From: Okamejei kenojei
Lineage: Eukaryota
Assembly: GCA_035221665.1 (NCBI GenBank)
Contig: CM069135.1
Coordinates: 17,422,001 to 17,486,000, forward strand
Direction of reading: 5' to 3'
DNA: 64,000 nucleotides
The position numbers and the translations under genes are program-made. The notes below the pieces were generated by a model. That model was not told the DNA's origin and made no database searches. It saw only the letters and a list, made by a program, of their open reading frames with translations. Positions 25,695-38,765 of the stretch are shown piece after piece. Each line of letters starts with the position of its first letter. The stretch's first letter is position 1.

Positions 25695-26749
25695 TAATTC
25701 AATTCAGTGATTCAATTATACTTTATTGTCACATGTACCTTTGTTTTTGCATACAAGCCAGTAAAATCATACAGCTGTCCTCGCATAGGCAGTGCACAAG
25801 AGTCGCCACATTTCTGGTGCCGACAGTAGAGTTGTTTGGGGACTTCTAGTGTAGTTGAGACAGCAAATCAGCAGTCCTCGGTTAAAATAACGTGAAAGGG
25901 CATTGTACCCATTTCCCTGGAGTTCCCCTAGTTTTCCAAGTTACAGTGATGGGTCCCAAAGAAGCTGCAAGAAACTCTTGTGGGTGGGGAAGGGGGATCA
26001 TCTGAAAAATAGTCAAGCCCTCAATACTTCTGCTCCATTCTCTTAAAAATGAATTAGAGCTCATAATTAAAGCGGTGATGTAAGATTCAATGTTGTGACT
26101 TGTGGATAACTTAATCCATTTTCATTACCACTCCACTCTTGTACTTTCAAGGGGCACGTGGTGTAAAAGAACTGCCCTTAATCGAACACAAATTGGCATG
26201 ATTTCCACATGCATATTATCTGCACACGGCTTTCCTCGCATTGGTCTCCATATAAATGCAATTCCCAGCCTGAGTTCACAGAATGCAGGTTAATATCAAA
26301 TCTACTTTTGCTAACCTTTCAGTCGATGCATTACTGATCATAACTCCAAGTTCAAAAAATCTTATTTCCCCCCAGCTTTTACTCAATTACTGTAAATCCG
26401 TATCATTTGGTTGCTGACCTTTCATTCAGTGGGAATAGTTTTTCCTCCGATTTCTCTTTCAAAGCTCTTCATAATTTTAAACATCTTGTATCCCGCTGGA
26501 ATATCTTTTGCTTCGACTAAAATCCCAGCTTTCCCCTCCTCTCCATGTAACTGGATGATCCCATTCAGATCAATCTCTTAAGACATTCTTCCCCAGAGCA
26601 ATTAAAAAGGAAAAATCTGAAATATAAGTGTAATACGCTAGGAATATTCAGCAGTCAGGTGCTATCCCATTCAAAGAGCAACAGGTCATGTTTCAAACCC
26701 TCAATCAAGCTCAGTTCTGTTGATAGGTTATTAACCTTAAATTTTATTT

Positions 26750-26997
26750 ACGCTGAATCCGCACCGACCAGCGATCCCCGCACATTAACACTATCCTACA
26801 CACTCTAGGGACAATTTACACTTACAGTAGACCAAGCCAATTGACCAACAAACCTGTACGTCTTTGGAGTGTGGGAGCGAACCGAAGATCTCGGTGAAAA
26901 CCCACGTGGCCACGGGGAGAATGTACAAACTCCGTACAGACAGCAGCCGTAGTCTGGATCGAACCCGGACCTCCGGAGCTGTAAGGCAGCAAATCTA
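26750..26997 (-). mobile_element. V-SINE running into the assembly gap
   Basis: Reverse complement of the SINE body including the B-box (ggatcgaacc on +). Confidence 0.9.
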
Positions 26998-27172
26998 NNN
27001 NNNNNNNNNNNNNNNNNNNNNNNNNNNNNNNNNNNNNNNNNNNNNNNNNNNNNNNNNNNNNNNNNNNNNNNNNNNNNNNNNNNNNNNNNNNNNNNNNNNN
27101 NNNNNNNNNNNNNNNNNNNNNNNNNNNNNNNNNNNNNNNNNNNNNNNNNNNNNNNNNNNNNNNNNNNNNNNN
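26998..27172. other. Assembly gap (175 N)
   Basis: Run of N. Confidence 1.
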
Positions 27173-28959
27173 TGCTGCTAGCATTTTCTGTTTATCGTTC
27201 ACTCTTAACTAGATTTTGATTTTTTTTTTTCTAAATTGAAATAAATCTATATTTAACTCCCAAAACTATGATCCTTTTATAGTCATTAACATTCTTCACA
27301 CTGGTGACCCAACTGTGCGGGACTTTGAAACGGTACAGTGTATACAATTAGATACCTATAGTAAGATTCCTGTAGTTAGGATGGACATGCCTTGGTAATG
27401 GTGCAGAGTAGATTTAACAGGCTGGTTCTTGAGGTGAGGAAGTTGGCAAGTGGGGAAAGAGTGAGAGGGAGGGGTTGCTAGTCATTGGACTTGAGTGAGA
27501 GGTGATCCTTTTGAAAGATAAGACATGAGTTGAATCTTATGACAAAAGCAGATGACCCATTGAATTCTCTTCATGACTGGGATTGGGAATTGCGATTATT
27601 TTTCCAATAAAGACGATAAAGAGAGGCTGATTCTTTTGGTAGGAGAGAGTAGAGCCAGGAAGGGACCATGATATTCTGGATTGGGGCTAAGAGAATTTAG
27701 CCTATAGTGCGGTGATTCTTTGAAATCCTCTGCCACAGAGGACTTTGTGCATGCAGGTATTGTTTTGGATATTGGAGGGAATGCAGAACTAAGTAAAGAA
27801 TCATAAAAAATCTTATTAAATTGCAGAGCAGGTATAGGCCATTTCTGCCACACTTTATTTTAGTTTTAGATTTATATAAATTGAATATACAGATCGGCAA
27901 GGTTTAGCAGGAAATGGGCCTAATGCAGACAAAATTGAATTAACTTAGATGAGTATCTTGGTTGGCTTGGGGGAGTTGGACCGAAGGGCTGTTTCTAGAC
28001 TCTTTGCAACTCTATGACTCAGATGAAAACAAATATCACGAAGCATCACCAACATTACTATTTTTTTCCTTGTTCTATTAATATAACTAAAAATTAATTT
28101 TCTGGTGTTGTTTGCCAAAGTGAATTGGTTATATTAGCAGCTTGGTAAATTGTTGAGTTTGTCACATAAAGGGCAATGTGCTATGAAATTCTGTTAGGAA
28201 TTTGCTGAGAAAATGCATTGTGTAATTCCACCAGCAACCCCCCTCAGTGTGAACTCTGCCACTTGTCATGATTACTCCTCCAACGATAAAAACAAGTTGC
28301 TATTGACAGAACATTTATTTGCTTGCAGTTAGAAGTGAAAATGGTGTTAATGGAAAGGTAGTTGAAATAGCAAAGTTATTTGTTTGGCCACACTCGTTAT
28401 GTATAACTTTATTTTACTTAAATTAATAAAGGTGAATAAAACCTGCCGCTACCTGCTGATGTCATGAAAGGGCAAATTTATTCTGGAGGGCGTGAAAATA
28501 TGTCACGTGATTGTGATATGATTATTCCTGGATTGGGAATGCTGCTTCCATTCTTTTCTGGTATTGGTGGAATAAAACAAATCGCTTACCCCAACTGGTT
28601 CATTCCCATATTTATGCTCTACATATAATTCCTCCACATCTTCTAATGTTACACTATCATCTCCGCTTTCCCTGCGGTTGTATCTCCCTTAAGTGTAGCC
28701 GTGACATTCTTTTATTTGTCAAAGGAAAGTGGGCATAGCTAGAAAGGCCAGCATTTATCGCTCATCTTTAATTACCTCTACAGAACTATTGGATCACAGA
28801 ATGATCACAACACCAAAGAAGTTTATTTGGATCACTGTAGGAAAGTTCTCCCGTAGTTCGTCACTACTTTGGTACTGCCTGTTGCACCATTTGTTACTCC
28901 CTTGGTGAGGCCACTGCCACAGTTTGGCACTGTCCCTCATACCGTTTGTCACTCCCTTA

Positions 28960-29265
28960 CACTTTAGAGAGAGATACAGATTGTGGAGACAGTCCCTTCG
29001 CCCCACCGAGTCCACACCAAGCATTGACCACCCGTACACTAGTTCTATGTTTGACTCACTTTTGCGTCCTACCCACTAAGGGCAATTTACAGAAAGCAAT
29101 TAACCTAGTTTAGCTTAGATTAGTTTATGGTCATGTGTACATGGGTTGAGTGAAAAGCCACGTGGTCACAGGGGGAGTGTGCAAACTCCGTACAGACACT
29201 ACCTATAGTCAGGATCGAACCTGGGTCTCTGGTCCTGTGAGGCAGCAGCTCTACCACTGTGCCTG
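28960..29265 (-). mobile_element. V-SINE (partly rearranged)
   Basis: gagatacag...cccttcgccccaccgagtcc...aggatcgaacctgggtctctgg...ctctaccactgtgcc. Confidence 0.85.
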
Positions 29266-29617
29266 CACTCCCTTGGCACTGCCCCTTACACGTTGCTGCG
29301 CTGAATCAAGTTAGATTTTTGTGCCTTGTTTCAGACATGACTCCAACACCTTCAACCTGCATGTACCCATTCCCTCGGCTAGCCCACTCTTGTATTCCTC
29401 TGCTGATGTACAGTGCATTTTCATGTGATTACACACCATTATGCGTTCATGTATTCACAGTCTCTGCAGAAGAATACTTAGCTAGTCCCATTCTCCCATC
29501 CTCTCCCGATAGCCCTGCAATTTTTTACTCTTTCACGTATTTATTCAGCTCCATTCTGTACTGTACCTTAACTTTTCTCACTGACTTCAACTACTTTCCC
29601 CGACAATACATTTCACA

Positions 29618-29626
29618 ATGTGTGTG

Positions 29627-29672
<46 letters not shown>
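29618..29672. repeat. (TG)n microsatellite
   Basis: Directly visible. Confidence 0.98.
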
Positions 29673-29674
<2 letters not shown>

Positions 29675-29814
29675 TGTGCGTGTCTGTAAAAAAAATCCAT
29701 GATAATTCACCTTTTGGCCAACAACCATCATCTATCCAGCCCACAACCTTGGCACTGCCCCTTACACTTTGCTGCCCTAAATCAAGTTGGATGTCTGTGC
29801 ATTGTTACAGACAT

Positions 29815-30770
29815 GTTTCCTTGATCATCGTTACTTTTATCTTTCATTGATTTTCAGATCTTTCAGAATACCAACATCTTTCAGAATACCACCGGGTGGC
29901 GCCACCAATGGCCACCTCGCCAACAGCCTGTCACATCTCTTCTCTGTTTTTATTATTTTAAGTATGTTTTAAACGTGTGTTTCAATGTTTCTTGGTCAGT
30001 TTATGTGAGGGGAGGTGGGGGGAATAGGGGGATTTTTTTTTTCAGACCACTCCCCCCCCCCCATGGCCTAACAACTGGATTGGTGCGGCCTTTCCTGGAG
30101 ACCGGCCTGGAGCTTCATGCCGCAGGCACGGCTCAGACTTTAACATCGTAAAGCTGCGATCCTTTGCGGAGGATCGCCAGCAGAAGTGCTCGGACCGTGG
30201 GGCCTGTGGACTTTTAACACCATGAAGCCGCGGTCTCCGGTAAGAAGCGGCTGGCTCGGGAACTCCATGTTCCGATCCGTCCCAATGTCGGAGTTTCGAT
30301 CAACCCGACGAAAGGGCCTGAACATCAGACCGTTTGTAGCAGCGAACTGCAGACGGGTTCAAAGGCCCCGACCGCGGGTGAACAAAGGAAGAAGATGACT
30401 GAACTTTATTGCCCTCCATCACAGTGAGGAATGTTGATTCCACTGTGATGGATGTTTATGTTACATTTTATTTTCTGTGTGTATTGTGTTCTTTTCACTT
30501 AGTATGGCTGTATGGTAACTCAAATTTTACTGCATCTTAATTGGTTAAGTGACAATAAATGCAAACAAACTAATTTTTTCTATATCTTTCTATAATCATC
30601 ATCTATATCTCTTGTCGTCCTTTCCCCTGATTCACAGTCTGAAGAAGGCGTTCAACCCGAAACATCACCTATTCCTTTTCTCCAGAGATGCTGCCTGAGG
30701 CGCTGAGTTACTCCAAGTTTTTGTGTCTATCTCCGGTTTAAACCAACATCTGCAGTTCCTTCCTACACAT
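29815..30770 (+). mobile_element. Penelope-like 3' region split by a ~680-bp insertion; hammerhead motif at 30639-30666
   Basis: 29815-29855 and 30575-30770 are collinear with the reverse complement of 59708-59900. Confidence 0.7.
29892..30570 (+). mobile_element. Non-coding retroposon with a Rex1-like 3' end (unclassified)
   Basis: Starts ggtggcgccaccaatggcc, has a GC-rich middle with hairpins, and ends gtgacaataaatgcaaac like the Rex1 3' end at 63837. A related head lies at ~51505-51617. Confidence 0.5.
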
Positions 30771-31469
30771 CATTTTAAGCCCACTTGTTTTTGATCCCTC
30801 TGACAATAGGAACAGTTTTTCTTTATCTATTTTTTTAACACCCTTCAGAAATTTCTTGCAACCTCAACTGTTTCAAGAAAAACCCAAAAATCTCCAATAA
30901 AACCATGTATATGTAGGAGTTCCGGGAATCAATATCAGCACTGCATCATCTCAAGTCTTCACACCTTTCGACGAGTGGCGAATCAAGCCAGCAAATCAGT
31001 GGATAACAAGCACTCATGTTAAAAACATCACCATCAACCCCATTTCCCTCAACAATGCTTTTTCTTCTTTCATCAAAAAACTCTAACATGTTGGTGGGAC
31101 GTGATTTGCCTTTATTAAATCCATGCTCGCTTTCTCAAATAAATCTGCATTTGTCAAAGTGGCTGCTCATTCTGTCCCTGATTAATGTTTCCCCACCACT
31201 GAGGACAAACAGACCAGGTTACATTTGCTGGATTTCTCTCTGCATTGCTTTTGAACTGTTACAGCTCATCTAGTGAAGCTACTCCCACACTGCCCTTAGA
31301 CAGGTCCAAGACTTAGAATGGCAGATGATGAAGATTGTTGGTGAGAGGGTTTGTTGGCTTGGGATAGTGGCGGGTGGGGAGAGGGTGTTGCTGGAGCAGC
31401 CTTGGGCAAGCAACTGCAGGGTAGTTTATAGATGTTGTGGAGTAGATGAATGATTGGGGTGCTCGCCAA

Positions 31470-31682
31470 TTTTGACTTATCTGTGGTATCTGTATGGAGT
31501 TTGAACGTTTTACCTGTGACCATGTGGGTTTTCACAGAATGCTCATTTTTTCTTGGTAAGTCAGTTAACTGGCTTCTGTAAATTTCACTAATGTGGAGGA
31601 TAGAACTAGTTTATGGGTGATCACTGGCCGGTGCTGACACGGTGAGTTGAAGGGCCTGTTTCCATGCTGTATCTCTGTAAAC
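31470..31682 (+). mobile_element. V-SINE fragment
   Basis: tctgtatggagtttgaacgtttt...gaagggcctgtttccatgctgtatctct. Confidence 0.75.
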
Positions 31683-32782
31683 AAAAGCTATTGTGAGGTA
31701 TTCAGTGACTGTAATCTCACTGAATGTCCTAGCAGACCATTAAACCTCCTCTCTGCCAGCTCAACCCAGAGCCTCTCTTATTTTCCAGAATAAAGAGTCC
31801 TGGCCTCTTCAAGCCCATTGATCATTGGAATCTTTAAGAAATAAGAAGTGAAAGAAAAGTACCCATTCACCCTTGCACCAGGTAGGTCCTGGCTGATCCT
31901 GTGCCTCATCCACTTGGTAGCAATGTTACAACATTTTGAGATTTAAAAAATTAAGTCTGCAATTTATCCCATCATAAAAAGAAGTTGAATTTGACACCTA
32001 ATTCACTTTCATATCTTCAGTATTAAAAATGTTATGGCCATTTACATACTCGGAAATTAGCATCTTGTTCCCTATTGCTTTTCCATTGACTTAACTCAAA
32101 AGCTGTGATCGAGGACAGTCAAAAGCCCATAACTTTTGTTAAAAATAAAGAGAACTGAAAGAAACTCCAGCGATTAAATTGTCCCGCAAATTTTTTTTTT
32201 AAAACTTCCGAGAACGCAAGTCGGAACAATTTTTCAGCATCAGCTAGCAGCCCGAGAAAATATCTCTCGGACAGGCAGGAGAAAATGGCATTTTAATTCC
32301 GCCCCCTCCCCCCCCTCAAAGGTGCCAAAGGCGTGCACACGGCCAGTGGCAGAACTTACACTTGGTCTCCATATCCCTAGATGTTTACACATTAGGAATC
32401 TCAGCCCTGAAAATACTCAATAACTGAACATCCAGTATTCTTCGGATAGAGAGTTCCAATGAACTTCAGTTACTTCTCTCAATCCTAAATTGCCATGGCC
32501 TCTTCTTCTGAGACCTCTTCCCATTGATCTAGATCCTCCAGCTGGAAGAAGTAGCAAAACATACTGCTAGTTTTCTCTTATCGTTCTCTCAACTTCAATA
32601 AGCTTCTGCTGTGAGCTGTTTTGGAAGTCGTCTAGCCAGGAGGCATCCATCAAATAATCTGGTTGTAACTGTTTCGGTAGAGGCACTCACTGGAGAAGAT
32701 GGGGATGAGGAGGGATTTCTTCTCCGAGGATTCGAGAATTCTCTTCCCCGAGAGCTATGGAGTCAGAATCGCTGAGCCTTCA

Positions 32783-35500
32783 AAGTTGGACCCTTGAAGA
32801 CTGAAACAGGTGAATTTACTATGGGGAACAAGGAAATGGCAGATGAGTTGAACAAGGACTTAAGATCTGTCTTCACTAAGGAAGACACAAACAATTTCCC
32901 TGATGTACTAGTGGACAGAGGATCTGGGGTGACGGTGGAACTGAAGGAAATTCACATTAGGCAGGAAATGGTGTTGGGTAGACTGATGGGACTGAAGGCT
33001 GATAAATCCCCAGGGCTTGATGGTCTGCATCCCAGGGTACTTAAGGAAGTGGCTCTAGAAATCGTGGCGCATTGGCGATCATTTTCCAATGTTCTTTTGA
33101 TTCAGGATCAGTTCCTGTGGATCGGAGGGTAGCTAATGTATTAATGTTAATGAGAGAGAAAACAGGTATAGAAACATAGAAATTAGGTGCAGGAGCAGGC
33201 CATTCGGCCCTTCGAGCCTGCACCGCCATTCAATATGATCATGGCTGATCATCCAACTCAGTATCCTGTACCTGCCTTCTCTCCATACCCCCTGATCCCT
33301 TCAACCACAAGGGCCACATCCATTATAGACCAGTTAGCCTGACATCGGTGGTGGGGAAGATGCTAGAGGCAATTACAAAAGATGAAATAGCAGTATCAGG
33401 TCCGAGTCAGCATGGACTTATGAAGGGGAAATCATGCTTGACTAATCTTCCGGAATTTTTTGAGGATGTAACAAGGAAAATGGACAAGGGAGGGCCAATG
33501 GATGTAGTTTACCTGGACTTTCAGAAAGCATTCGATAAGGTCCCACAAAGGAGATTACAGGGAAAAATTAGAGCACATGGTATTAGGGGTAGGGTACTGA
33601 CATGGATCGAAAATTAGTTGGCAGACAGGAAACAAAGAGTAGGGATTAACGTGTACCTTTTAGAATGGCAGGCAGTGACTAGTGCGGTACCGCAAGGCTC
33701 AGTGCTGGGACCGCAGCTATTTACAATATATATCAATGATTTACTTGAAGGGATTAAAAGTAACATTAGCAAATTTGCAGATGATACAAAGCTGGGTGGC
33801 AGTGTGAACTATGAGTCAGTCAGTCAGTCAGTCAATTTTATTTGTTTAGCACATTTAAAAACAACTCACGTTGACCAAAGTGCTGTACATCAGTGCAGGT
33901 ACTAATGTGCTACATACAATGGTACACAGATCTAACAATACATACATAAACTGATTACAGCGCCCCCTCAGAAATCCTTAAGATTGAGAGTCAAGTAGCC
34001 CCAAGTCGACCTGAGGGACCTGGAGGTTGAATGGTGGGTTAGAAGATTGTTGATATGGGGGGGGGGGGAGCTAGTTAAGGCAGCAGGAGATGAATGTGTG
34101 GATGATTTTTTTAAGGTCGTCGATTTGGAGGAATGGATTGATGTTAGCTATGATACGGAGCTGGAAGAAAGTAGCTTTTACCACAGAGTTGACTTGCTGG
34201 TCAAACTTTAATGCGGAATCAAATATCACGGCAAGGTTTTTGCCGTGCGGTTTGACTCAGGAGGTTAGGCTTCCAAGGCTGCCTGATATCGTTTTGATGG
34301 AGTCGGAGGGGCTGAGTAGGATGACCTTAGACTTGCTCTCGTTTGGTTGGAGGAAGTTCTGTGCCATCCGACTTTTTATGTCCTTGAGGCAGTGCATGAG
34401 GCTGATTAAATTTGACCGGTTGCTGGGTTTCAGGGGGAGATGGAGCTGTGTGTCATCTGCATAACAGTGAAAAGAAATGCCATGCCTTTGAATGACTTGG
34501 CCGAGGGGGAGCATGCACAGAGAGAAGAGAATGGGGCCTAGGGTGCACTCTGCAGAAAAGGCTAGCTGGGGAAGAGAAAGAATTGTCTATGTTGGTAGAC
34601 TATTTTTGAGGTAGGAAACGAAACAGCTCAGGACAGTGCCATCAACACCAACCCCGTACCGGAGATGGTCAATTAGGATGGAAGGTGACTTGGACAGGTT
34701 GGGTGAGTGCGCAGATGCAGTTTAATGTGGATAAATGTAAGATTATCCACTTTGGTGGCAACAACGGGAAGGCAGATTATTATCTGAATGGTGTCTGAAT
34801 TGGGAAGAGGAGAAGAACAAAGAGATCTAGGGGTCTTTGGTCATCACTCACTGAAAGAAAGCATGCAGGTACAGCAGGCAGTGAAGAAAGCTAATGGCAT
34901 GTTGGCCTTCATAACAAGAGGAGTTGAGTATAGGAGCAAAGTGGTCCTTCTGCAGTAGTACAGGGCCCTAGTGAGACCACACCTGGAGTATTGTGTGCAG
35001 TTTTGGTCTCCAAATTTGAGGAAGGACATTCTTGCTATTGAGGGAGTGCAGCGTAGGTTGACGAGGTTAATTCCCGGGATGGCGGGACTGTCATATGTTG
35101 ATAGAATGGAACGGCTGGACTTGTATACTCTGGAATTTGGAAGGATGAGAGCGATCTTATTGAAATATATAAGATTATTAAGGGATTGGACGCGTTAGAG
35201 GCAGGAAACATGTTCCCGATGTTGGGGGAGTCTAGAACCATGGGCCACAGTTTTGGAATAAGGGGTAGACCATTTAGAACGGAGATGAGGAGAAACTTTT
35301 TCACCCAGAGAGTTGTGAATCTGTGGAGGCCAATTATCTGGATGCTTTCAAGAGAGTTAGCTAGAGCTCTTAAAGATAGCGGATAAAGGGGATATGGTGA
35401 GAAGGCAGGAACGGGGTACTGAATGGGGATGATCAGCCACAGTGAATGGCAGTGCTGGCTCAAAGGGCCGAATGACCTACTGCTGCACCTATTGTCTATT
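32783..35500 (+). mobile_element. CR1/HER1-like LINE ORF2 (decayed), interrupted by a CR1 tail (~33165-33320, -) and an L2
   Basis: KSPGLDGLHPRVLKE, QHGLMKGKSCLTNL, DFQKAFDKV, PQGSVLGPQLFTIYINDL, KFADDTKLG; resumes at ~34676 through to the 3' tail. Confidence 0.93.
33813..34675 (-). mobile_element. L2-clade LINE fragment nested in CR1
   Basis: MLPLGQVIQRHGISFHCYADDTQL; 3' end aataaaat(tgac)n on the minus strand. Confidence 0.88.
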
Positions 35501-36099
35501 TTGAAATAGTTGTCTGCTGATATGATCCAATGATCCATTATTAGCTTAAGATGATCAATTTTGCCAATTTTGCCATCACACATCTGTGGTGATATTCAAT
35601 ATGATTCCTAACTTTGGATCTCTTCTCACAACATAGTATGGGCTTAAAAGTTATCATTATATAATCAAATCATCAGGACTTTTTCATCATTTATACTTCT
35701 ACAAATTTCATGCTCCAAATAATAACTATGTTTCACTTGGGCTGCTCAGTGATGTGAAACAAACTGTATGGCTTTTAGAAAAAGCCTGTCTCCTTCTGTT
35801 AACCCCTAAAGACTTTGTATAATGCCTTAAATTCAAAACACAAAAATAATAACTTTCAGAAAAATCACAAGTAATAAACATCAAGGAATTACAGGTTGTT
35901 TTAATCCTGTAAGTACGGTGAAGGGGCCGTTTTACAGTGTATACCCTTTCATTGCCACATTGTGTCCCCAGGTTCTGATGTTGGATCATTGTGTCTAAAT
36001 GTTAAGGATTCAAAGCTCACTCAGAAAGCTGAATACATGCTGTTGGAGGTCTCATAAATGAAGGTCCAATCTATAAACAAGAGATAGCGGGTTTTGTTT

Positions 36100-36556
36100 A
36101 GTTTTAGTTTTGGAGCTACAGCGTGGAAACAGGTCCTTTGGTCGACTGAGACCATGCCGAGCAGCGGTCACCCGTTACACTAGTTCTATCCGACACACCA
36201 GGGACAATTTACAGAAGCCAATTAACCTACCAAACTGTGCAGGGAGGAACTGCAGTTGCTGGTTTAAACCAAAGATAGACACAAAATGCTGGAGTAACTC
36301 AGCGAGACAGGCAGCATCCATGGAGAGAAGGAATGGGTGACGTTTCTGGTCTAAACCCTTCTTCAGACCTACCAAATTGTATGTCTTTGGGATATGAGAG
36401 GAAACCTGGAGCACCCAGAGGAAACCCGTGCGTTCACAGGGTGAACATACAAATGCCATACAGACAGCACCCGTGGTCAGGATCAAACCTGGATCTCTGG
36501 CTCTGTAAGGCAGCTGAGGCACTGTGGCTGCGTAAGGCAGCTGCGCCACTGTGCCA
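36100..36556 (-). mobile_element. V-SINE containing a Penelope-derived insertion
   Basis: SINE tail at 36100, B-box region ggatcaaacctgg, head at ~36556. Confidence 0.85.
36239..36366 (-). mobile_element. Penelope-derived short insertion ending exactly at the hammerhead CUGA
   Basis: gacgtttctggtctaaacccttcttcag; TSD acctaccaaa(c/t)tgt (36225-36238, 36367-36380). Confidence 0.88.
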
Positions 36557-38357
36557 CCTAGATGCCGGAATCTGGTGCAATGAACAATTGTCTCCGATGA
36601 ACAATCTGCTGGAGGGACCCAACAAGTCCAGCTTCCAGATACTGTTTGACCCACTAAGTTCCTCCACCAGATTGTTTGTTGCTCAGTCTACAAACTTAGA
36701 TGGATACAAAGGATTCTACAACACTACTTGAAAGTAGTGTGGATGAGTTATCAGTTACGCTAATGGTTCAGCAGCCAGTATCCCTGAATAACACATTATT
36801 AAGATGGAGACCTGAACTATTGCCGTTACTCCAAATGCAACCCCACTGAGGGATTGCAGAGTTTCTGTGGGGTCCGACGGTCTTGTAACGGATGGGTGAA
36901 CAAAGAAACGAAGGCTAAACTGAGAGCAAAGAGAAAAGTGTGGAAAAGTTACAAGAGCAGGGTGACAAAGATGAATACAAATCTAGTAAAGAAATGAAAA
37001 AAAAGAAAAAAATACAAATTATCAAAATATGTAAAGAAAGAGAGAAAATCAGGAATGGTAGGCCCATTAATTGTATCTCTGTTGTTAGAAAAATCTTGCA
37101 ATCCGTCAAGGCGGGTGTGGAGATAGGGGTCTGAGAAAATCTACAATTTAGCAATGTGCTTTTATGAAAAAGTAACATATTTGATATATCTGATGTTTTC
37201 TTTTTAAACTCTGCATCATGCGGCATTAATAAGGAACCAGTAGGTAGAATTGTACCATATGTCATAACCAGAATGTGGATTTGGAAAAGCATTTATTAAG
37301 ATGCCAATAAAAATGGATGAAATCAGGGTTCATGGAATTAGGGAAATATGTCGCAGCGCACAGCATAAAGCAGGGTATGAATAAACGGTTAGTTTTCTGT
37401 AAAGTACGCGGTTTTGGTCTCCATACCTTACGAACGATTCTCTTGCTATGGTTATAATTCTCCACTGATTCAGTGAGATGATTCCTAGACCAGCAAATTG
37501 TCCTGTGCAAAGAAAAAGGGGTATAGTGGGCTTGCACTGCTGGGGTTTAAAAAGGTGATCTCACTGAGACACACAAGGTTGTGAGTGGGATTGACCAAGC
37601 AGCTGCTGAGGGGTTGTCATATTTGGCAGTCCTCTGGGGTTGACGATGACTTGCTTGTAATGCATGATGAGGTGACGGATGATGCCCGATATGAGAATCA
37701 CAGACCCTGCCATGAGTGGTGGGATATGAAGTGGATGTTATCAGGTAATGCAGCCCTTCTGCCACATCTGTGTGCTCCTGATGCATAGAATTGAGGCTCT
37801 CCATTCTTTCTCTCCATTTTTGAGGGGATTATTGTGCATTTTTCCATTCTCCATTTTGGAAAGGGATGACTGAAACTTGTGGTGTGAGATCCCTTAAAAC
37901 TCTTTCACATTTCCAGTTGATTTAATGTGTAACCTGGAATGCCCTTTTCCTTGCATTCTTGCAGCTTCATCGATCCATCATGGCTTCAAGATGATTTGTT
38001 GCCAACTCATGCCACCTTCACTACAGGGCAGATAGCAACTCGAATGCCTCATTAATGTTGCAATGTGTTGCATCACTCGACCTCCTGCTGTGCAGCTTTG
38101 CGAGCAGCTAATTGACAGACTTGAGTCTTGAGTTCATCCAATTCTTTGGTGGATGATAATTCTTCTTGTTCCCACACAGCTGTTCACTGCTGTGGTAACT
38201 ATTTTTGGCCACGATTAGTTTCAGTGTCGATGAAATAGGATGTAATTTTGGTCCTGTCTTTTTGCAGTGCACAAGCTGCAAATACTGATATCATTGCCCT
38301 TCAATATCTTGGCTTCTCCCAGCTTTATTGTGCTACTCATTCTAATTTCTTTGACTA

Positions 38358-38765
38358 ACATAGAAACATAGAAAATAGGCGCAGGAGGAGGCCATTCGGC
38401 CCTTCGAGCCAGCACCGCCATGCGTTGTGATCATGGCTGATCATCCCCCTTAATAACCCTTGCCTGACTTCTCCCCATATCCCTTGACTTCACTAGCCCC
38501 TAGAGCTTTATCTAACTCCCTCTTAAATCCATCCAGTGACTTGGCCTCCACTGCCCTCTGTGGCAGGGAATTCCATAAATTCACAACTCTCTGGGTGAAA
38601 AAGTTTTTTCTCACCTCAGTCTTAAATGACCTCCCCTTTATTCTAAGACTGTGGCCCCTGGACTCGCCCAACATTGGGAACATTTTTCCTGCTTCTAGCT
38701 TGTCCAGTCCTTTTTTAATTTTATATGTTTCTATAAGATACCCCCTCATCCTTCTAAACTCCAGT
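38358..38765 (-). mobile_element. CR1/HER1-like LINE 3' end
   Basis: LEFRRMRGYLIETYKI...FFTQRVVNLWNSLPQ; (ttctatgt)n tail. Confidence 0.92.

Noticed and set aside
26822-27202. ORFs spanning X residues
   Set aside because: Artefacts of the N gap plus SINE sequence.
29259-29850. Cys/Val-repeat ORFs
   Set aside because: Translation of the (TG)n microsatellite.
36900-37134. Lys-rich ORF
   Set aside because: A-rich sequence, probably a very decayed LINE ORF2 linker; no splice or domain support.
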